Assembly (NCBI GenBank): GCA_965112155.1
Contig: OZ218103.1
Length of the DNA stretch: 64,000 bases
Direction: 5' to 3' (one strand)
Source of the DNA: Podarcis liolepis
Taxonomy: Eukaryota
A program made the position numbers and the translations under genes. Shown piece after piece: positions 24,965 to 37,559 of the stretch (its first letter is position 1; the number at the start of each line of letters is the position of its first letter). The notes below the pieces were generated by a model. The model was not told where the DNA came from and did not search any database. It saw nothing but the letters and a program-made list of their open reading frames with translations.

Positions 24965-26920
24965 GTACTGTAGTACGAATTCATTGGATTTTCCATAAAG
25001 TGTAATGAGGGTCTAAATTTCTCAGAACTACATTTCCAGCTTTCAATATTACTAGTACCAGTGAATTATAGGAATACAAATCCGTTTCTTTCCCCCTGAA
25101 TGATAAATTCTCCTCCCATGCTGAATATTCACTGCTGGCATCATCCCATGAACTCAGAATGTCAATTTGATTCATGCCCTCTTAGTATGGGATTTGTTAT
25201 TGATGGTGGCTTGTCCTCAGAATGGCTTAGTTTCTAGAACTAGTAGAGCAGAAAGCTTTCGCTTCAGTCAGTCTCTGCAAGGGGAGAGTTTTACTAAAAC
25301 AGAACTTCATGATCACAGTATTTTAGCTCCTGTGGCAAGTTGGTGAGAGAGCCATTCCATACATTTCATAGCAAGAAACCTGGTTAGCTGTTGGGTACAC
25401 ATCGCCCAGCCAGTCAGTGTTCTCTTTATCAATGTTTCTGTACCGTAATTGAAACCGTTATTTGTAACATCCACACTTAGCATCAATAGGTGTAACCGTA
25501 AAAAACCTTGCACATGAGGTCCACAAAAATGTAACATAGGAAGAGCTCCTGAGCTTGGTGAAAGTGGATTGTTAGTGGCTTTTACTTGGTATGATAGTTA
25601 AAGAGTGACACCCAGAGGTGGACTGAGATACAGTAGGCTTTGCTTTTATCATTTTTCTGTTGCTTTAAAACTGTCTCCCAAACGACACATGATGGTGACA
25701 AAGCTGTGTCTTTAAATGGAGGTCTGCCTCAATCATGTGTGGCATGTAGGTATTTGGGTTAAATAACAAAGGGGGGGTGCATGAGGAGGTGGCTGAACCC
25801 ACATCCCTTGTTCCCAACTGCTTTACTCTCAGGTGGGCTCACTTGTGATATTGGAATCTGGAAGGTGGAAAATAGTAACTTTGGGTGGTGGAGGGGTGAA
25901 CTGAGGAGGAATGTGCATCTGCATGTAACTTCCTTATGCACCTTAAAGCCACATCTCCCCTATTTTATGCATGATTAGATCAGGCCCATATTTAAAGAGA
26001 CAGATCTGTTCTCAAGTATAGCTGTGCCGTGTGGTTCCAACTGCCCTGTGTAAATGCAGTAGTACAGTGTACTGTATAGCAAAGAACAGATCTGTATAGT
26101 TAAACTGATTAATTTAAGCTTCATGTTTTAAATAACTTTTAGCAACAAGTCATAATGAAACTGGATTAGTCATTATACACTTTTTGCAACGAGTTTGATT
26201 GTTGCTTCTAAAAATATTGTGATAGGACTATGTACTTTTTACATTACATTTATAATTGAAGGCATAGTCATTTCACCATTCAAAAAAATTGTACATTTTC
26301 ATTTGCCATGCATTCCTCACCTGGTAATGTGATTCTCCCTCAAGATAAAGCTGTACCTTCCAACAGCCCTTTGAGAGGATAAGGGGGAAAGTCAGTTTAG
26401 CACACACTCCTTGGCCATGCTTTCAAATACTGAGATATGAGCAGCTCCCATCTTTTCTCTTCTTTCATTCTGAAATTTGGAAAGTAGACCCAAGCCTTTC
26501 TTGTATGACGGAGGAGATGCCAGTTGTACATGTACTCATTTCAGCAGGCACTTGGGTCTATGCATGGATGAACTGAGTAAAGCTCAGGCCTGCCCACCTT
26601 TTTCTAAAATAAGTGAGTCTTTCACTGCCGCACATCATAGGTCAGTGCTGCAACAAATGCATGCATGTCTAGTGCATCCCTAGGTTGTCAAGGGGGAAAA
26701 GCAGACCTTCATTCAGTGGCTTAAGCAAAGGACATGAACAGTGACACTTTAGGCAAGAATTACCTTTGCATAAATATAATTTTGCAAGGCTGAATTAATA
26801 TTGAGGACTGTGCATTGGCTTCAGAAATTACTGGTGAAACTACCTTGGTTCTGAAGCTCATATTTTAGACTGTGGTTTGTTGTCACATGTTTAAGCCCTC
26901 TTTCTTTCTCCTCTCTCCAG

Positions 26921-26992
26921 TCCAACGTTATTCCCCCTTCTGCAAATGCAACTGTGAATTTCCGCATCCATTCGTCACAAACAGTTGATGAG
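26921..26992 (+). CDS. PM20D1: PM20D1 exon 10
   Basis: SNVIPPSANATVNFRIHSSQTVDE; NVIP...NFR motif. Confidence 0.96.
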
Positions 26993-27492
26993 GTATTTTA
27001 TTTATTCTGAAAAGTTTGTTAAATTAATGGGTTATTGTTTCTCTCCCCCCCCCACCTCACCCTGGCCCTCATGTTTGGCCAGGAGACTTTAGAAGGTTTA
27101 ATAATTGGCGTGTCTATGGTTGTGTTCCTTTTTGCAGTTAAACCTTGGGTTTCCCATTCAAGAAACTTCTGAACCGGCTTGTCATCTTTTTCTGTATTTA
27201 TTTAATACAGCAAAAGTGATTGGTACATTGGGGATGTATCTTTGTTCAAGGGGCCTAAAGGAAGGTCTTTTGAAGCAGTAACCCCAAACTGAATGCTTTG
27301 TATCTCTACCTATCCCATTGTGTAACAGGAAAGCAGACTTCCACAATGAAGTCCCAAAATGCTCCTGTCCTGATTGTGCATCTTTAGTTGGTTTGCAAAG
27401 TGTTACTTAAGAGTAACATTTGCAATCTGTGCTAATACCATAATGGTCACCTTGCTACTTTAGCTTCTTTGTTCCTTTGGGTGTGTTCTTAG

Positions 27493-27661
27493 GTCCTGGG
27501 CATAGTAGACAAAACAATTGATGACAAGAGAGTAAAGATAGAAATGGAAAGTGCCTTTGATCCACTCCCAGTGAGCCCTTGGGATGACCAGACCTTTGGA
27601 GTGCAGGTTTTCCGCCAGACCATCCAGGATGTTTTCCCAGATGTTGGCAGTGTAGCTCCAG
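27493..27661 (+). CDS. PM20D1: PM20D1 exon 11
   Basis: VLGIVDKTIDDKRVKIEMESAFDPLPVSPWDDQTFGVQVFRQTIQDVFPDVGSVAP. Confidence 0.95.
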
Positions 27662-28285
27662 GTACTGGCAAATGCATTATTACTGTTTTCCCCTTCTGTT
27701 TCCACCCAACAACCTCTACTTTGTTTTCATTTTCTGAGTATTCTCTTTCTATTTTATCCCCTTCACCAGGTACGTGCGTACACACACTCACTATTAATGA
27801 CTGGAAACGCTTGTTTTCCTCTCTTTCTGACCTAAGATGGTGGTCATTTAAAAAAAAAAAGTCAACAGGAAACTGGCAATCAGTGTACCTCAAGTTTTTC
27901 AGATTTACATGGGGCTGAAACCAGGCTATATATTTTCTTCTTTTATAGCAGCTCAGTTGTTGGACTGCCCTTAATAACTTCATTCTGATTCAATTCAAAG
28001 CTACCAATTAGCCCTGCAGTCTGTTTCAAAATGTCTGCTTATGTAAAGAGTTAACATTTAAACATGGCAATAGGCACAGTTTTTCTGAAATGTACAGCTG
28101 TCTTCCATTGCTCCAATAAATAAAAGGCGGAATTTTTAAAACCTCCTAAGGAAAAGTAAGGCAGATAGCTTCCAGTGCCACTCAAAGGAAGCTAGGAATC
28201 TAATTCCCGAAGTCTGTGATGCTAATGCAATATTAACTTCAACACTACCAGTTTTAATTTTTCAAAATACTGATTTCTCCTCCAG

Positions 28286-28385
28286 GTATATGTGTTGGTA
28301 ACACTGACAGCAGACACTTTGTCAACCTTACAAATGCTATTTATCGATTTAATCCAGTGATGTTTAAACCCGAAGATTTGCCAAG
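28286..28385 (+). CDS. PM20D1: PM20D1 exon 12
   Basis: GICVGNTDSRHFVNLTNAIYRFNPVMFKPEDLP(R); GNTDSR motif. Confidence 0.96.
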
Positions 28386-29320
28386 GTACAGTATTCTACT
28401 TGACAATTTCTTCCTAGTGAAAACACCAGATGAGAACTAGCAAAACGAATGAGACAGGGCAACTGAAACTTGACAGAGAGCAACACTTCTAAAATGCCCA
28501 TAGTGTTTCCCTACTAGTCCGAAGAAATAAAGGGAGGGCTAGATCTTGTACCTGTCCTTATAAAAAGCAGATTGGAATGGAAGCATCTCTTTAGGACCTC
28601 ATTTCTTTTATGACATTGCTTGGGCTGCAGATATGTAACACTTCCTGGCTGTAGTTGGAAATAGGGCTCCTATATAATAGACAACCATTTATTTATTTAT
28701 TTATTTATTTATGAATGAATGAATATTCCAATCATTTTAGGATTTCCTTTAGAACTCCCCTAATAGATAGTATTCAGAACTGAGCTGCGATTGAATCTTT
28801 TATTAATAATGTAGAAGCTCAAGACTAGTCAGGTATAAAGTAATAAAATACATGTTTTTCTAATCTCTCACAACAAGTTTTATATGTGGTTAGTTCATTT
28901 TAGCCACACTTCATTGGTACATGGTAAAAGGGAATGAAGTGACAAATCAGTTTCATCTATATGCCTTAGTAAAGCCAAACATATCTCACCCACTCCTTGG
29001 CTTCTGTTGTAATGGAGCTGGCTAGGACCCCGCGTCAGTGGTCTGATATACATCCCAACTTTCTACTCTCTCGTTTCTTTTTCAAAAGCTACCAGTCTAA
29101 GTCCATCTGACTTACGGACCATCTGCTATCTTGGAATAAGCATCCTTGTGATAAATAGGAGTCGTATCACATATAACTTTGTGGCTAGAAATGCCTTTGT
29201 AAGGGATCGTAGCATGTTTCAGTTTTTTATGGAGCATAATTCAATATCCCTGTTACACAATTATTTAACCTATTATAACCTTAACCCCATTGCTGCTTCT
29301 CTCTTTTTCCCCCCAATCAG

Positions 29321-29447
29321 GTTCCACGGGTTGAATGAACGAATATCTATTGAAGGTTATGAAAAGCAAGTGCAATTTATCTTCCAACTGATTCAAAATT
29401 CTGATATCAGCCAATCCACAGATCCACATGCAAACCATGAGTTGTAA
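29321..29447 (+). CDS. PM20D1: PM20D1 exon 13 (last coding exon)
   Basis: [41 protein letters not shown]-stop; HGxNE zinc ligand. The 13 exons sum to 1569 nt (522 aa) with no frame break. Confidence 0.96.
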
Positions 29448-30233
29448 AAACAAAATAGGAAGGCTTCTGTGAGCATTACTAGGAATCAGAATTGCACAAA
29501 AATGCTACATTCCATGTTGCTGTGAGTTTTGGAACATAGCATACAAATTTTAAGTCGCAAGACTATTGTACCGCACTCCAAGCAGTTGTGAAATATAAAA
29601 GCAAGCATAGAACAAATCACTTTGGATCAAAATGAACATATTGAACTTATGCTATGTTGTATTCAGTAGTGGGCTGTGTGGGTGGTACTGTGTTGTTTCC
29701 CAGCAGCATGGGGCACTGCCACTTACCAAGAGGAAGAGGGATGCAGCGCATGGTGGCAGGAGTGTCAGATTGGCTTAGCTGCCGCACACCAATCTCTCCA
29801 TGTGTTAACCCCTTTTCCATGCCGTTGGGAAGCCAGGAGAGCAATGCTGCCTCACTGTTGCCACCTGCAGGCCGCTACTGCAGATATTGGAGCCCAGAAA
29901 ATATTATTGCTGTATAAAGTTTACATCCTAAAGATTATTGCACTGTTCCCTTAAATGGAAGGTATAGCATTTCTCTGTAAAGAGGGCAAAATATTCCTGC
30001 ATTGCAGGGGGTTGGACTAGATCATCCTAATGGTCCTTTCCAACTCTACAATTCTGCGATTCTAAGTGGGTTATCAATCTGGAGAGATTCTTTTACAGAG
30101 GAATATTGTGCTGCTATTCCTGTCAATCCCTGCCTGCTGTCCCTTGCTTCTGTGAAAAACAAATCACTTTAATCCTACCCTTTCCAAATACCATTGCCTT
30201 TATATCTTTTTTCTTTCTTCCATTCCCCTAAAT

Positions 30234-30369
30234 CAACCATAGGCAACCTTGGCCCTCCAGATGTTTTTGGCCTACAACTCCCATGATCCCTAGCTAACAG
30301 GACCAGTGGTCAGGGATGATGGGAATTGTAGTCCCGAAACATCTGGAGGGCCGAGGTTGCCTATGCCTG
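30234..30369. mobile_element. Palindromic hAT-type MITE (136 bp)
   Basis: Near-complete hairpin with perfect 8-bp TSD CCCTAAAT; degenerate relatives at about 11370-11480, 40195-40310 and 42230-42360. Confidence 0.8.
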
Positions 30370-31004
30370 CCCTAAATGGCAGCTGTGGAGCAGGGGACTA
30401 TGATCCAGAGTGCATTGAAGGAGTTACCATTTACCATTCCTCTACACAATGGTGTTCTAAACATTTGGGTCTGGGGAAAGGCGGGGGGGGGGGGGACCAG
30501 TTAGCTAAAGATTGTTAGAAGTCTAGAAGCAGAGTTGCTGTTCCACTTCCAGCTTAAAACAGAACAGCAATGATTGTGTTCTACCAAGTTCTCCCAGCCT
30601 GGAAGCACCCTTAGAGAGATGTATTTCACTGGATTCAAGTTCTTTTATTTTACTCACAGCCTGATTTACATGCCTCTTCATTTTCACTTCTGAAATGCAT
30701 TGTTTTCTGGATGTCCTATCAATTCTCTCTTCCTTCAGTGGGTGTACACTTGACAGGAAGGAGATTAATCTGAATCCTTATAGGAGCCAGGGATCTTGTG
30801 TCTTTGCTGCTATTCTCATCTATAGTCCCCATGAGAGATGTTGCAATAGGACAGTCCCTAGTGCTGCTTTTCATTTTTTATTGATCTCGAAACTTGTCAC
30901 TTTAAATTTGATTACATAATTGCTCAGAAAAAGAGAACTTGATTCATCTGCTCCTGTATAGAATATTAAATGTGCTGTTTATGTAAAGTAATATACAGGT
31001 TATG

Positions 31005-31006
31005 GA

Positions 31007-31066
<60 letters not shown>

Positions 31067-31067
31067 A
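31005..31067. repeat. (GAAA)n microsatellite
   Basis: Direct reading of the sequence. Confidence 0.97.
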
Positions 31068-33185
31068 CTTGTCTTAAATGCTTAAATTCCTCAGGGATGT
31101 TTACATGCAAATTTTAAGGGTCTGATTTATAACAGTATTCTTCCCTAGTCTTTCTGGAATAAAATGTGACTCAGTGAAGCCTATACAACTAGAAATGGCG
31201 ATAACACTGGATTATTACACTGTGATCTGGTTTACCCATAACACTAAGCCATAGTTTATTTAACCATAAATTGTCCCACAGATGATTAAACAAGCCATGG
31301 CTGTTTCATGAGTTTGAACTGTTTTCCAGTTACTCTTGCCTTGTGCCTTTGTAGTGGGATAAACATTTGAGGGTGATGGTTAGAAAAAAACAAACCCATG
31401 GTTCTAGGAAGTGCTGGGTTCATACATATGATCACTCTACAGTTTAACAAACCAAGATTTATAAGCTAATAACAAACTATGGCTTAGGATTGTGCCTTTG
31501 TTAGCAGTAAACAAATTATAATTAAGCCCCTAGGCAGAATTTTCACATAACATCCAGCCATGGTTTAACAAAAAAATAAATGTTTAGCATTATGTATGAA
31601 CCAGGCCTGTGATTTTTATGAACTTCTTGACAATTATGTATGGATTTGCACTGTAGCTTTATCTGGATGTGATAATAACTAAGACTTGATACAGGTTTTT
31701 CTTATGAAAACAATAAAAAAGGACTACGATGTGTGTGATCACTGTTTGAACATGGTCTATTAATCACTGCACTATCCCACAGATATCTCTGTACCTGAGT
31801 TTTGATAAGAGCTGGGGTGGGGGGGATTGTCATCAAAACAAAACCATTCTAAGGAAAAAAGAAAGAAAAAACAGGATAAAACTCCCATTATTTTCCAGTC
31901 AGTAAACAGGATCCAAGGCTTTCTCTGTTTGACAAAAAAATTATTTTGATTCATAACCTATATGCGCTAGCTTTTAATGGATCAGGTTTTTTAATGCATC
32001 CCTCAGGCATTTAATGGATCAGCCTTCAACACAGTGCTTGAATAAAATTAGATTTTGTTGTCTCTAAATGTCATTATCCCAAATTTTGCAGAAATACAGC
32101 ATAATCTAAATAAACCTAAGAGGAAACTTCCACCTCCCCCCCCCCAAAAAAAAAAACAAGGAGAGATGAGCATGCTAAGTAGACACTGGTTGCTGATTGT
32201 CTCTAGAGAGAGACTAAAACGGGAGGTAGGTGGAAATGTAATGGAGTGTCCTGGAACATGGCATGCCTAACTGGAACACTCCATACTTTAACATTTTGTT
32301 GCGGCTCCTACTTGGCTCAATGTATAAACAAGAAAATTACTGTTTTTCTTAGGGTCCTGTATTAGTTGCATTCACACTATGAATTAAGAGTGGAGTGGGC
32401 TAATTCACATTTCCTGCCCTCTAGTTTAATTTCAGCCATTAGGCCATTGATCCTGCAGTGATGCAGTAGGTATTTCGGCTGACTTGCTCAGAAGCAGAAA
32501 GTTTGTTCAGTGTAAAACAAGCTTTTAACTCCTGTAATAGAGCCAAAGTAATGACAAACCAAAGGGATAAATAATACTTCTATATGCTTGAAAGCGGGGC
32601 TTGGATGGCAGGTTCTTCTGATAAATGCCGCAATGTTTGCTGTGCTCTGTAGCCTTTGGCTGCTCGCGCCCTGGGCAATTAGTGGGAAATCACCATGCTA
32701 CATTCCCGCGCATGGAGGAGGATGGGGGTTCCCATTCATTTGCAATCCTGTACTCTTGGCTCCTTTGGCTCACCCTAAAAATATATTTCTGGCAGGTTTT
32801 CTTGATCAGGTTGTGCTCTTTGAAAAGTGAGTAGTACACTTTGAACTGAAAAGAGGATTTAGGCCTCTTTTTTTAGCACGGAGGTGCGGGGAATTCCTGG
32901 AAATGGGGCAAACACCCTCCTCCCCCTTATCTGCATTGCCTGACAGTGTTTGTCAAATGAATTTCACAGAGAAAGGGAAGAATGAAGGTCAGCGGAGCTT
33001 GATTTTTGGCAAGCATGCTCCTACAACTTTAAACTGGTAGGCCCCATCACACTCTGCTTTTCTAACCAAAGCCAAAGGTGTGATCTTAGCACATTAGCCC
33101 AATAAAGACTCAGGAGTTATAATGGAATACCGGTAGATTTAAGGGCATCATGCTCTGGTTAAGATTTGACCTAAACTCTCTAAAA

Positions 33186-33523
33186 GGGACGTGGGTGGCG
33201 CTGTGGGTTAAACCACAGAGCCTAGGACTTGCTGATCAGAAGGTCAGCGGTTTGAATCCCCGCAGTGGGGTGAGCTCCCATTGCTCGGTCCCTGTCCTGC
33301 CAACCTAGCAGTTCGAAAGCATGCCAAAGTGCAAGTAGATAAATGGGGAAGGTAAACGGTGTTTCCGTGTGCTGCTCTGGTTCATCAGAAGCGGCTTAGT
33401 CATGCTGGCCACATGACCTGGAAGCTGTACGCTAGCTCCCTCCGCCAATAAAGTGAGATGAGCGCCGCAACCCCAGGGTCGGCCACGACTGGACCTAATG
33501 GTCAGGGGTCCCTTTACCTTTTT
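33186..33523 (+). mobile_element. Full-length Sauria SINE
   Basis: tRNA-like head with A/B boxes, CCTTTACCTTT tail, 12-bp TSD AAACTCTCTAAA. Confidence 0.9.
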
Positions 33524-34112
33524 AAAACTCTCTAAAGCAGGGGTTGTTAACCCAGACCCAGGGGACTGGATTCCCCCCTCCCTCATTTTTTCTTTACCCC
33601 ACTCTCAGTCAAGACCCCACTGATCGTGGTAACAACAAAAATAGAGGGGAATTAAAGTAGACACAGGGCTGGAGTGGGTGGAAAAAGTTTAAACCTCTTC
33701 ACCTAGTGACCTGAAGTCTTGGCCTTCTTGTCACAGTGCACTACAGGGCGGCTTATGCCCATGTACTTATGCCACAGCAAATGATAGGGAACATGGGAAG
33801 GCTGCCTGGGCCACCTGCCTACTTGCTCTGCTGCCTTGCTCACTCATGCTGCTGGCCTACCTATTTCACTCATTTGTTCTGCCTACCTACTGCTGTCATG
33901 CTGCTCACATGGCCACCTACTGGCAGCCATCCAAACTTCAGTGTGATGACTTTTTCTTACAAAATTATTAGAAAGGTAGATAGATAGATGAGGGTTTGTG
34001 GGTGGGTGTGGTGGTAGCCAGCCATATTCTACTCAGAATAAACCCATGGCAAGCTGGTCATGCTCATTCATTTCAGTGGGTCTACTCTGGTTAGAACTGC
34101 CTACAACCTGTA

Positions 34113-34366
34113 CAGTGGAACCTCGGGTTGTGAACGTGATCCGTGCGGGAGGCACATTTGCAACCCACAGCGTTCGCAACCTGCAGTGCTGCATCTGCGC
34201 ACGCACGAGTCGGCGCTTCTGCACATGTGCAAAGCGCGATTTAGTGCTTCTGTGCATGCCCGAGCATCAAAACCTGGAAGTAACCCGTTCTGGTACTTCC
34301 GGGTTTGACACAGTGCACAATCTAAAATCACGTAACCTTAAGCATCTGTAACCTGATGTACCACTG
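34113..34366. mobile_element. Tc1/mariner-type MITE
   Basis: TA flanks; CAGTGGAACCTCGGGTT / AACCTGATGTACCACTG ends. Confidence 0.75.
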
Positions 34367-35316
34367 TAAATGCTTCGCTGTCTCACCTTTGTTTTTTCTG
34401 AAAAGAAAACAAGCTCTGTATTTTTTAGCCCTGTGTTGTGTGAAAGGGTTAAAATGTGAGTTTTGTAATTAGACTGACACATGCACTCTGGGGCTGTATG
34501 TTATTTTCTTCCTGGTTCCTTGTTGCAGTTGCTGCATCTTCTACGGTGCTGTGGTATAAGAATAACAAGAAAGTTGTCTAATCTCCTGGCTGTATGCCAG
34601 GCACATACCACCCCACTGAGCAAGCACACCACAGAAGCACACAGAAAGCACTGCATCACATCTAAGGCAAGGTCAAATCCTACACCTGCCTTTTCAAAAG
34701 CAAACAGTCTTGCCAACTTCTATTTTTAAGGCCTAGATTTATTCCGAGCGTGTGACCACAGAGGGTTCGTGTCTGTCATGCAACAAGATGTCAGGAACTG
34801 TATTTAACGGAGGCACCTGGCGCCTTCAGAAAGGGGAGAGGAGGTGTGTTACAAGTCGCACACACTCTTCAAAACACTTCAGCTTCACCCATTCAAGCCC
34901 CTTCTATAAATCATGATGGCCAAATGGAACCTCCATGTTCAGAAGCAGCATAACACTGATTATCAGATGCTGGAGGCTAACAGTAGGGGATGCTGTTGCA
35001 CCAACAGCCTGCCTGAAAGCTTCCTGGAAGCGTTTGGTAGACCATTTTTGTTAGCTGGGTACTGGAAGGGCCATCTCAGTGACAGAACATGTGCTTTGCC
35101 TGCACGAGGTCCCAGGTTGAACCCCTGGCATCTGCAGGCAAGGATGGGACACTGAAGCTATATAAGACCATCACTTTTCTGCAGCCAAGCAAGCCTGGGT
35201 CTGGTAGGTGCCCACATGGGAGACTTCCTGGAATGGGGAACTGCCTGGAAACTCCGTTTGTTTCCATGAAGGAAGAAAAAAGGGGAGCATAAATGTAAGA
35301 TAATAAATAATAAATA

Positions 35317-35669
35317 CAGTGGTGCCTCGCAAGACGAAATTAATCCGTTCCGCGAGTCTCTTCGTCTAGCGGTTTCTTCGTCTTGCGAAACAACCCTATT
35401 AGCAGATTAGCGCTATTAGCGGTTTAGCGGCTATTAAAGGCTTAGCGGCTATTAAAGGCTTAGCGGATTAGCGGCTAAAAGGCTATTAGCGGCTTAGCGG
35501 CTTAGAAAAAGGGGAAAGTGGAAAAAAATCGGAACACTCGCAAGACGTTTTCGTCTTGCAAAGCAAGTCCATAGGGAAAATCGTCTTGCGAAGCAGCTCA
35601 AAAACGGAAAACCGTTTCGTCTAGCGGGTTTTCCGTCTTGCAAGGCATTCGTCTTGCGGGGCACCACTG
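35317..35669. mobile_element. Tc1/mariner-type MITE with internal minisatellite
   Basis: TA flanks; TIR CAGTGGTGCCTCGCAAGACGAA / TTCGTCTTGCGGGGCACCACTG; TTAGCGGC-like repeats at about 35397-35505. Confidence 0.85.
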
Positions 35670-36239
35670 TAAAATGTTGAGTGTTAGATGGACCAATAGT
35701 ATCATTCTAGATAGCTAAACAGAGACAAATTATTTGGCCAAAGCCAGCTGTGAAGGACCAGGATTTTCAGCCAGTTTGTGTTTGCTTTTTTGGTTGTAAA
35801 GCTTGGATAATAAAATTGTTGTTTTTTGTTTCAAGAGCACCCTCTACCCCAGGAAGGTCAAAATGACTGTTTAAATTGAAAGGGCAATTTTGGCTCGGAA
35901 GGATCTGCACAGGAGGGTCAAAAATTCAACCTAGGAACCTGACAATTAAGGGGAATTAGAAACTTAGCTAGGGATCTGTTCTTTTTCTAACACTTGAAAA
36001 GCTGAAGCACTGCAGCAGAAAGCCAGGAGAAAACCAGAAAGGGACCCAGAAGCTGAGCTGAGGGGTGTAAATGGATAAGTATTGGTTTGGCTACAAAAAT
36101 AGAACGGCGTTATATAACTGGATGTATCTCTTCTTGTTTTAATTTGTTCTAATGGGTAATTACTGAACAGTAAAACTAGCTGTTGTTTTTCCTAAAATGA
36201 TTTTCTCTATTCATCTTGTTGCCTTACTAAAACCTTACA

Positions 36240-36373
36240 AAATAAAAAAATTCCTTCCAATAGCACCTTAAAGACCAACTAAGTTAGTTCTTGGTATGAG
36301 CTGGTCTTTAAGGTGCTATTGGAAGGAATTTTTTTATTTTGACTATGGCAGACCAACACGGCTACCTATCTAC
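36240..36373. mobile_element. Short second copy of the same Penelope-like element
   Basis: 39-bp inverted arms (36239-36277 / 36302-36340), the same 3' extension GACTATGGCAGACCAACACGGCTACCTATCT, 15-bp duplication TACTAAAACCTTACA (36225, 36374). Confidence 0.8.
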
Positions 36374-37477
36374 TACTAAAACCTTACAGAAAAACTTATT
36401 TTATTTATTGGGGGGGGGGACTTGATCTGCAGGTTTGTTCTTCACCTCATATTACACCATACCCTCCAATATTTCTCTGATGAAAATAGGGACATCCCAT
36501 TCCATAATGATAATTTTATTATTTATACCCCACACATGTTACTGGGTTACCCCAGCCACTGAGTGGCTTCCAACATATAAAAGCATAATAAAAAATTAAA
36601 TGGGTATACTTGGAGGGTCTGTTATACCACTCTAGCCTATGCTGAGTGTAGGTTGGGCCAGAGTTAAAAGTCCAGGTAGTTAATGGGTTCTTTAGTAGAG
36701 GAAGTCAAATAAAAATAATTTGGTTTCAGCTGCGAAGTTAACAAAGAGGTCTGGCTGGTTTGCTGCCATTCCTGCAGGGTATAGCCATGTCATGTCACAT
36801 GATGCCAGCCTTCCTACCCACTTGTATTACACTAACATCAGTGTGGGGGTACTATTTTACCCTGGGAGAAGGACTGTGCAGCTCTTCAAAGCTGTCACTT
36901 AGCAAAGTGACTTAGCAAAGCAAAACCCCAAAGGAGATCCTAATCGCTGCAAATTCGGATAGTTCTATCAACATCCGTTACCCACGATTGCTCAATGGGC
37001 CTCCATGTTCTGTTTACCACTGCATATCAGGCACTAGGGACAAATAACATGAAAAGACCATCACCAGTTTTGTGCCTTGTTTGCGAGCTTCTAGAAGCAT
37101 TTGGATGGCCCAGAACTCCCCTTCCATCCATACAAGTCACCCATCAGAAAAGTTAGTCCTCGCTTTCCCCCACTCATTACCAGCTGCCTCTCTTTTCCCC
37201 TAATCCCCTGAGCCGCCTTTAATCCATGCAGCCAGATCCTTATTTCCTCCCTTCAGAATCAGCTGCCATGACAGGTTTTCCCTTCAATCTTCTAAAATGC
37301 AGGCATCCCAGGCCTAGGGTATCTTGTTATCCCATATCTCTGTCTATGCGAGAACAAAGAACAAAAATGAGCAGCAGTTGCCCAGTTAGGAGGCACCCAC
37401 AAAAATGTTTGCATGCTAATTGATGGGGACAGGCAGGGGGCAAATCCTGTGAACAAGCTTTGTGCTTCTGTGCTGCG

Positions 37478-37518
<41 letters not shown>

Positions 37519-37527
37519 TGTGTGTGT
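37478..37527. repeat. (TC)n(TG)n compound microsatellite
   Basis: Direct reading of the sequence. Confidence 0.97.
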
Positions 37528-37559
37528 ACCCTTTTCAAAAACCCCACTACACATCCTAC

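Noticed and set aside
27489-27983. 164-aa minus-strand ORF
   Set aside because: Antisense to PM20D1 exon 11 and its pyrimidine-rich intron; no independent support.
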